Source of the DNA: an uncultured Candidatus Rokubacteria bacterium
GTDB lineage: Bacteria; Methylomirabilota; Methylomirabilia; Rokubacteriales; CSP1-6
Length of the DNA: 64,000 nt
Direction: 5' to 3'
NCBI GenBank assembly: GCA_963754315.1
Contig: CAVWFS010000014.1
Span: 64,001 to 128,000 of the forward strand
Of this stretch, positions 58,154 to 64,000 are shown piece by piece. Each line of letters starts with the position of its first letter. Position 1 is the first letter of the stretch. The position numbers and the translations under genes were made by a program. The notes under the pieces are model-generated. The model made no database searches and had not been told where the DNA came from. It worked only from the letters and a program-made list of their open reading frames with translations.

Positions 58154-60464
58154 TCAGCGCGCCAGAAGCTCCAGAGCAATCCGTTCGGGAGTGAGTGGCA
58201 GCTGGGTGATCCGCACGCCGGTGGCGTCGTGGATCGCGTTGGCCATGGCGGCCGGCGCCGGCACGATCGGCGGCTCGCCGACCCCGCGGGCACCGAACGG
58301 TCCGGCCGGTGACGGAACCTCGACGATGATGGTCTCGATGTTCGGCAGATCAGCCGCGGTGAGCTTCCGGTAGTCGAGCAGGCTCGGGTTCGTCAGCCGC
58401 CCACTGTCGTCGAACAACAGGGCCTCCGTCAGGGCCATGCCGAGACTCTGAACGGCGCCACCCTGCATCTGGCCTTCGACTCCAAGCGGATTGATGGCGC
58501 GGCCCGCGTCCTGCACCACCACGAAGTCGTGTAGGGTCACCTGACCCGTGTCCGGATCGACCTCGATGCGGGCCAGCTGCGCCGCGAAGGCGGGCGCCTG
58601 CACCGAGAAAGCGGGATGGCTCACCCCGAGCACGGGCGGCACCTTCGACATGTAGAGGTTGCCCTTCTTGCCGATCTGCGCCAAGGTGATTCCCCGGTCG
58701 GGCACGCCGCGGATGGTGACTCGGCCGTCCTCGATCTCGAGGTCTTGCACCGCCGCTTCCAGTTCCTTCGCGGCGATCTCGAGCGTCTGCTGGCGGGCAT
58801 CCTTGGCCGCCTCCAGGACCGCCGTGCCGACTGTATAGATGGTCTTGCTCCCGGCGCTCAGACCCGTGACGGGCGCCACGTCGGTGTCCCCCGTCGTGAT
58901 GCGCACATGGTCGAAATCAATCCCGTAGGCCGAGGCGGCGATCTGGGCCAGCGCGATGTTGGTGCCCGCGATGTCCACTTGTCCTGTCAGCACGCTGAGC
59001 GATCCGTCGGGATTGAGCCTGACGGTGGCTCCCGTAGGTTGCAGACCCGGAATCCAGCCACCCACCGCGAGCCCGGTACCGCGCATCGTGGTGGCCCCTT
59101 CTTGCGCTGGCCGCCCACTCCGCCCGCCCCTTCCAGAGGGGATGCTCGGCCAGGCGGCGCAGAACCTGCTTCGCCCCGTTGCTCTGCCAGGGCTGGCCGT
59201 TGGCCATCGGATCGCCTTCCTGCATGAGGTGTTGAAGCCTGAACTCGACTGGGTCTAGACCCAGAGTTCGGGCGATCTGTTCCATGTGCGAGTCGATGGC
59301 GAACGTCGTTTGCGGGGCGGTGGGGGCGCGGTAGGCGGCGATGCTCGGCTTGTGGGTGAGAACCTCGAAACCGCGGATGTCGAAAGCCGGCCACTTGTAG
59401 AGGCTGCCGAGGAATACCGCGCTCATGGCCAGCACGGCTCCCGCGAAGGCACCGGACTCGAGGATGGTTTCCGCCTCCAGCGCCACGAGCGCGCCGTCGC
59501 GCTTGACCCCAGTCTTCAGGCGGATGATGACCTGGGGTGCCGGCATCCCGGCTTCGAGCTCCTCCCTCCGGGTCATCACGTAGCGCACGGGCCGGTTGGT
59601 GGCCTGTGCCAGCAAGGCAGTGATGGGCTCGCACAGCGCACGGATCTTGCCCCCAAAGCCGCCCCCGCATTCGACCGGGATCACGCGGATCCGGTTCTCC
59701 GGCAGCTCGAGCACGTCGGCCACCTCAGAGCGCGTATTGAACGACCCTTGCGTGCTCGACCAGAGGGTGAGCAGCCCCGTGCTATCCCACTGAGCCAGCA
59801 CGGCGTGGGGCTCGAGGTAGCCTTGGTGCACCATGGGCACCCGGTACGTCTTCTCGAGGACCAGATCGGACTCCGCGAAGCCCTTGGCCACATCTCCTCG
59901 ATGGAAATGAGCCTGCTGGGCCACGTTGACCGCCTTGGCCGGCGTGGCCTCGCTCTTGGCGACGGCGACACCCGAGTGAGCGAGCGCTTCGCTGGTGTCG
60001 GCCTCCGTCCCGGCGTCGGCGACCGGCGGCGCGCCCACTTGCATAGATTTGAGGGGGTCGACGGCGACCGGCAGCACGGCGTACTCGACGTCGATCAGAT
60101 CGAGCGCCTCCTCGGCGATGGCAAGCTCGTCCGCCGCCACCGCCGCCACCGGTTGCCCGACGAAGACAACCCGATCGATGGCGAGCACGGCGTGGGCGCG
60201 GGTCGGGGCCTTGCGCTTCAGTTGTGGGATGTCGGTGGCGGTCAGCACCGCGCGCACTCCCGGCAGCGCCCGCGCCCGGCTGGTGTCGATGCGTACGATG
60301 CGCGCGTGGGCGTGGGGGCTACGAAGGAGCTTGGCGTGCAGCAGGCCGCGAGGCTTCAAATCGGCCACATACTCGACTCGCCCCGTCACTTTCTCGGCTC
60401 CGTCGGCCCGCGGGATCGAGAGCCCGACTCCCTTGACTTCGCGTGTGGTCTTCATCGTCGCCAT
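58154..60464 (-). pseudogene. xanthine dehydrogenase family molybdopterin-binding large subunit, frameshifted at about 59090-59110 (possibly a sequence error)
   Basis: EKVTG, RSPHAHA, QGYLEP, GGGFGGK, AYRAP in one frame; GTN.ALAQI, GDTD, DAGRAINP, EGQMQGG, RGVGEPP in the next. Confidence 0.88.
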
Positions 60465-60465
60465 A

Positions 60466-60951
60466 TCAGCGAGACCTCCCGGCGGGCGTGGCGCCCGCGG
60501 CTTCGGCGATCGCGGTGAGCATCTTGGTATAGCCAGTGCACCGGCACAGATTGCCGGCAATCCCGTAGCGGATCTCTTCGTCGGTTGGCCGCGGATTCTC
60601 GGCGAGCAGCGCGGCCGCCGCCATCAGCACTCCGGGAATACAGAACCCGCACTGGGGCACGCCATGCCGCACGAAGGCGTCCTGCAATGGATGGAGAGCA
60701 CCGTCCCGGCCTAGCCCCTCGATGGTCATCACCGACCGGCCGCGAGCCTGCATGGCGAGCATCAGGCAGCTCGCGACAGGCTTGCTATCCAGATGAACGG
60801 TGCAGGCGCCGCAGTCACCCGTCCCGCACCCTTCCTTGGGTCCGGTGAGACCGAGCCGTTCGCGTAACGCGTCCAGCAAGGTCTCGTACGGCTGGACGAG
60901 CACTTCCACAGCTTCTGCATTGACCGTGCAGTTTAAGATCTGTTTCGCCAC
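60466..60951 (-). CDS. (2Fe-2S)-binding small subunit (CoxS/XdhC-like)
   Basis: KEGCGTGDCGACTV, SCL, QCGFCIPG, GNLCRCTGY. Confidence 0.93.
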   Translation of the reverse strand: MAKQILNCTVNAEAVEVLVQPYETLLDALRERLGLTGPKEGCGTGDCGACTVHLDSKPVASCLMLAMQARGRSVMTIEGLGRDGALHPLQDAFVRHGVPQCGFCIPGVLMAAAALLAENPRPTDEEIRYGIAGNLCRCTGYTKMLTAIAEAAGATPAGRSR

Positions 60952-60973
60952 GTGACCTATTCCTCCCGTTGAA

Positions 60974-61840
60974 TCAGGCGCGTGCCCGCTCGAGCGCGGT
61001 CGTCAACGTGCGCCGAGTCAGGACACGGACAAGGTGACGTCGGAACTCCACGGACCCGCGCTGATCGCTGATCGGACGGGCCGCCTCCACTGCCAGGTCC
61101 GCCGCCCGCTCGATGAGGGCCGGCGTCAGCGACTGTCCTTCAAGAGCCTGCTCGGCTGCCGTCGCCCGCAGGGGTACGGGCGCCACCGCCGCCAGCGCGA
61201 TGCGCGCCTTCCCGCACACTCCGTTCGACAAGGTGAGCTGGGAGGCGACGCCGACAACGGCGATGTCGAGTTCGCGCCGAGGCGTGTGACGCAGATAGTG
61301 CCCACCGCTTCGTGGCCCGGGCGTCGGCGCCACGATCTCGAGCAGCAGCTCGTCCGGGCCGAGCACGGTCCGACGGACCCCCAGGAAGAACGACGTGAGC
61401 GGAACCCGGCGCTGCCCCTTCGGGCCCGCGATGACCGCTTCGGCATCGAGAGCGAGCAGCGGCGGGACCATATCGGCCGAGGGCGCGGCGTTACACACGT
61501 TCCCCCCGATGGTGGCCAGGTTACGTACCTGGACGGAGCCGACGAGCGCTCCGCTTTCGGCCAGCGCGAGGTACCCGGCGCGGACGCCGGAATGGAGCTC
61601 GAGTTCACGGGCCGTCACCGCCGCCCCGACCCGCAGGCCCTTGCCGGCGTCGACCTCCAAGGTCCGCAGTCTCGACACGCCTGAGAGGTCGACGACCCAG
61701 CCCGGCTTGAGCAGCCCATTCTTGAGCTGGGGCAACAGGTCGGTCCCCCCTGCCACCAGCTTGGCGTCGGCCCCGTGGCCGGACAGGATCTGCAGGCAGT
61801 CGTCCACGCTACCCGGTAACGCTATCTCGAATCGTCGCAC
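60974..61840 (-). CDS. FAD-binding medium subunit (CoxM/XdhB-like)
   Basis: AGGTDL, SVQVRNLATIGGNVCNAAPSAD, PISDQRGS. Confidence 0.93.
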   Translation of the reverse strand: MRRFEIALPGSVDDCLQILSGHGADAKLVAGGTDLLPQLKNGLLKPGWVVDLSGVSRLRTLEVDAGKGLRVGAAVTARELELHSGVRAGYLALAESGALVGSVQVRNLATIGGNVCNAAPSADMVPPLLALDAEAVIAGPKGQRRVPLTSFFLGVRRTVLGPDELLLEIVAPTPGPRSGGHYLRHTPRRELDIAVVGVASQLTLSNGVCGKARIALAAVAPVPLRATAAEQALEGQSLTPALIERAADLAVEAARPISDQRGSVEFRRHLVRVLTRRTLTTALERARA

Positions 61841-61893
61841 GTAGGATCTCCGAAATGAGTTGGTCGGACACGCTCGTCCGGCGTGGTGCTCTT

Positions 61894-61934
61894 AGTATGC
61901 TCTAACGGAAATATGCTTCGCAAAGCATATTCCG
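61894..61934 (-). promoter_or_regulatory. putative promoter and palindromic operator of the molybdoenzyme operon
   Basis: AT-rich inverted repeat AATATGCTT-cgca-AAGCATATT; minus strand TTGCGA-18bp-CATACT. Confidence 0.55.
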
Positions 61935-61952
61935 ATCCCGTCGCTGACTGTT

Positions 61953-62846
61953 TCACACCTGGCCCACCCAGGACGAATCGGCGGTCGCCTGCCAGCGCTC
62001 GCGGATCTCGGTGACGACCGCATCCGGCAGTGCACCCGCCTGCAGAAGGGCCGCGTTCTGCTGCCACCGATCGGGCTTGGTTGTCCCGACGATCGCGGTG
62101 TGGACGCCGGCCACGGCGAGGGTGAAACGAAGGGCCGTACCCACCGCGGTGCGAGTATCCCGCAGGAAGGGATAGTCGAGCTTCCGCAGGCGCGACCAGT
62201 AAGTCTGGTAGTAGGGCTCGGCCGGCTTTCTTGCGTACCCCCAGGCCACGTTGGCCAGGGGTCGCTTGGCGATCACACCCATGTCCTGAGCGCGGGCGAG
62301 CGGCAAGGTCAACTCCAGCGGCTCCTGGTCAGCGATGCTGACCGAGGTCTGCAACGTGTCGAAGCGGCCGCACTCGACCGCGTATCGCGCCGCCTCGCCG
62401 TCACCGCTGTAGCCGATGAAGCGCACCGCGCCTCGGGCGCGCGCCTGCTCGAGGGCAGTAATAGCGTCGCCTCGCTGAAGCTCGGCAAGCGAGCAGCTAT
62501 GGAGCTGGATGAGATCGAGGTAGTCGGTCTGCAGACGCCGCAGGCTGCGCTCGATGCTCGCCAGAATCGGGGCCAGACGCCAGTCCTCGCGCCCCCAGCC
62601 CCGCGCGTGCCCGCACTTGGTGAAAAGGTAGCACTCGCGCCGGCGGCCGCCGATGGCCCGGCCGATCAAGATCTCGCTGTCGTCGTAGCACTCCGCCGTG
62701 TCGATGACGTTCAGACCAGCATCGATCGCGCTTCCCAGGAGCCGCCCGACCGTGCGGGCCCCCACCTGCTGATAGCCGATCTCCGAGCCCCCGAAGCCGA
62801 GGACGCTCACGGCCATGTCGGTCTTGCCGAGCCGTCGACGTTCCAT
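61953..62846 (-). CDS. aldo/keto reductase
   Basis: RRLGKT, LGFG, IDTAECY, SE..IG, FTKCG, SLRRLQTDYLDLIQLH. Confidence 0.92.
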   Translation of the reverse strand: MERRRLGKTDMAVSVLGFGGSEIGYQQVGARTVGRLLGSAIDAGLNVIDTAECYDDSEILIGRAIGGRRRECYLFTKCGHARGWGREDWRLAPILASIERSLRRLQTDYLDLIQLHSCSLAELQRGDAITALEQARARGAVRFIGYSGDGEAARYAVECGRFDTLQTSVSIADQEPLELTLPLARAQDMGVIAKRPLANVAWGYARKPAEPYYQTYWSRLRKLDYPFLRDTRTAVGTALRFTLAVAGVHTAIVGTTKPDRWQQNAALLQAGALPDAVVTEIRERWQATADSSWVGQV

Positions 62847-62855
62847 TGTTATTTA

Positions 62856-63071
62856 GGGGGGCCCCGAAATGGCCCCCCTGGCCCCCCTACGTTCGGGGCA
62901 CCCCGGCCAAGCCGGGGCGCCCCTCGTTTTCACGCTCGGTTTGGGTGCTGGTACTACACCCCCGCCCCCTCACGCTCGGTTTGGGTGCTGGTACTACACC
63001 CCCGCCCCCCTTTACGCTCGCTTCCTGTTTACGCTCCCGCTTCCTGACGCTCCGCGCTTCCTGACGCTCGC
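62856..63071. repeat. REP-like palindromic element followed by a 40-bp tandem duplication and short degenerate ACGCTC-type repeats
   Basis: GGGGGGCC-CCGAAAT-GGCCCCCC hairpin; TCACGCTCGGTTTGGGTGCTGGTACTACACCCCCGCCCCC at 62930 and 62970; ACGCTC..GCTTCCTG three times. Confidence 0.85.
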
Positions 63072-63641
63072 TTAGGGAATGCGGACCAGGTCAGCTTGGG
63101 CCACTCCGCGGCGAAATCGCGCGGCGTACTCGTCGGGATCGATGACGATGCCCGCAATGTTCGTCCGGTACGCTTCAGAGTCGAAGTAGGCCAAATATTC
63201 CGCCTCGTTGTCGAAGTTCGGCCCGGACAGCTCGACCGTGTTGCCGTCCGGGTCGGTGTAGTAGAAGCTCGTCCCCGGGCCGTGATTCATGGACCGTCCA
63301 GGCCGAATCCCCACCGCCCGCAGGCGCTCGTAGCGTGTGATCAATTCGTCGAGGGATCCGTGCCGGAGCTGAATGTGGTCGAGGCCGTTGACCTGGGGGG
63401 GCCGATCGCTCACTTCCGGCCGGTGAAAGATCGCGAACACCTGCGTGTAGGGATAGTCCGAGTGCAAGCGGCGGAAGCAAACACGATCGTTATCGAGAAA
63501 GGGGTCGACCCCGAGCATGGCCTGGTACCAGGCCTTCATGTCGGCGTAGCGTGCCGTGCGGAGGACGATCTCGCTCAGCCGCACTGGCGGCAGGTCACGG
63601 GTGGCCTTGAGGGCCGCGTCAGAGAGCGCAGAGCTCGTCAT
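63072..63641 (-). CDS. VOC/glyoxalase family protein (single-domain extradiol dioxygenase-like)
   Basis: GLDHI, L...YERL...GI.P...NHGPGTSFYYTDPDGNTVEL. Confidence 0.85.
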   Translation of the reverse strand: MTSSALSDAALKATRDLPPVRLSEIVLRTARYADMKAWYQAMLGVDPFLDNDRVCFRRLHSDYPYTQVFAIFHRPEVSDRPPQVNGLDHIQLRHGSLDELITRYERLRAVGIRPGRSMNHGPGTSFYYTDPDGNTVELSGPNFDNEAEYLAYFDSEAYRTNIAGIVIDPDEYAARFRRGVAQADLVRIP

Positions 63642-63667
63642 GGCAAGTCTCCCCCCGAGATCAGCGT

Positions 63668-64000
63668 TCAGGATGCTCGTTTGATGTCAGCCACCGTGGC
63701 GGCGTAGGCCGACCTCAGCACGGCCGCATCCGAGGAAAAGTTGATGATGGTCGCACCCAGGGCGATCATCTGCCGCACTCCGTCCACGCTGTCGGTGAGC
63801 ATGGCCACCGCCTTGCCGTGCTTGCGAGCGGCTTCTTTCAGTCGGGCGCGGTGCTCGTCCAGGACGGGGCGCTGCGCCGGCGTGCCCAGCACGCCCAGAT
63901 CCTGGGCCAAGTCGGTGGGCCCGATGGTCAGGGCATCGATCCCCGTCACGGACGCGATCTCATCCAACCGGTCGAAGGCGCGCTTCGTCTCCAGCATGAT
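63668..64000 (-). CDS. HpcH/HpaI aldolase family protein, C-terminal part (start outside the window)
   Basis: MLET..A...LDEIA.V.GID.L.IGPTDL...LG. Confidence 0.85.
   Translation of the reverse strand: MMLETKRAFDRLDEIASVTGIDALTIGPTDLAQDLGVLGTPAQRPVLDEHRARLKEAARKHGKAVAMLTDSVDGVRQMIALGATIINFSSDAAVLRSAYAATVADIKRAS

Noticed and set aside
58154..61840. Aerobic CO dehydrogenase (coxMSL)
   Set aside because: The active-site loop is AYRAP, not AYxCSFR or AYxGAGR, and there are no coxDEFG genes
62930..63009. Possible CRISPR array
   Set aside because: Two abutting 40-bp units with no spacer and no cas genes

Overview
High-GC bacterial chromosomal segment with about 58 genes, mostly metabolic. Gene content and palindromic intergenic repeats are reminiscent of Candidatus Rokubacteria/Methylomirabilota, but this taxonomy is an inference only. 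It carries leuA (partial), dapL, a RibB fused to a degenerate GTP cyclohydrolase II domain, many catabolic enzymes (enolase, amidohydrolase, VOC, LLM, SDR, ALDH, AKR families), three MFS transporters, a sugar ABC and a peptide ABC cassette (both without ATPase), and a molybdate/molybdoenzyme cluster. I found no rRNA, tRNA, CRISPR array, transposase or prophage. Four genes are split by single frameshifts, probably sequence errors. The best candidate for an undescribed system is a 516-aa four-repeat helical protein (42019-43569) with one His per repeat and a final DDPHxxK motif, like the 4-His/carboxylated-Lys iron oxygenases of the questin-oxidase/BTG13 type. It heads an operon with an atypical class II aldolase-fold protein and a BBE-like flavin oxidase. 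Also notable: an acetolactate-decarboxylase-fold gene inside the modA-mop unit, a lone secreted tail-collar protein, a REP-like element family with tandem amplification, a 15-bp direct-repeat scar around a truncated aspartyl protease, and several apparently leaderless genes.
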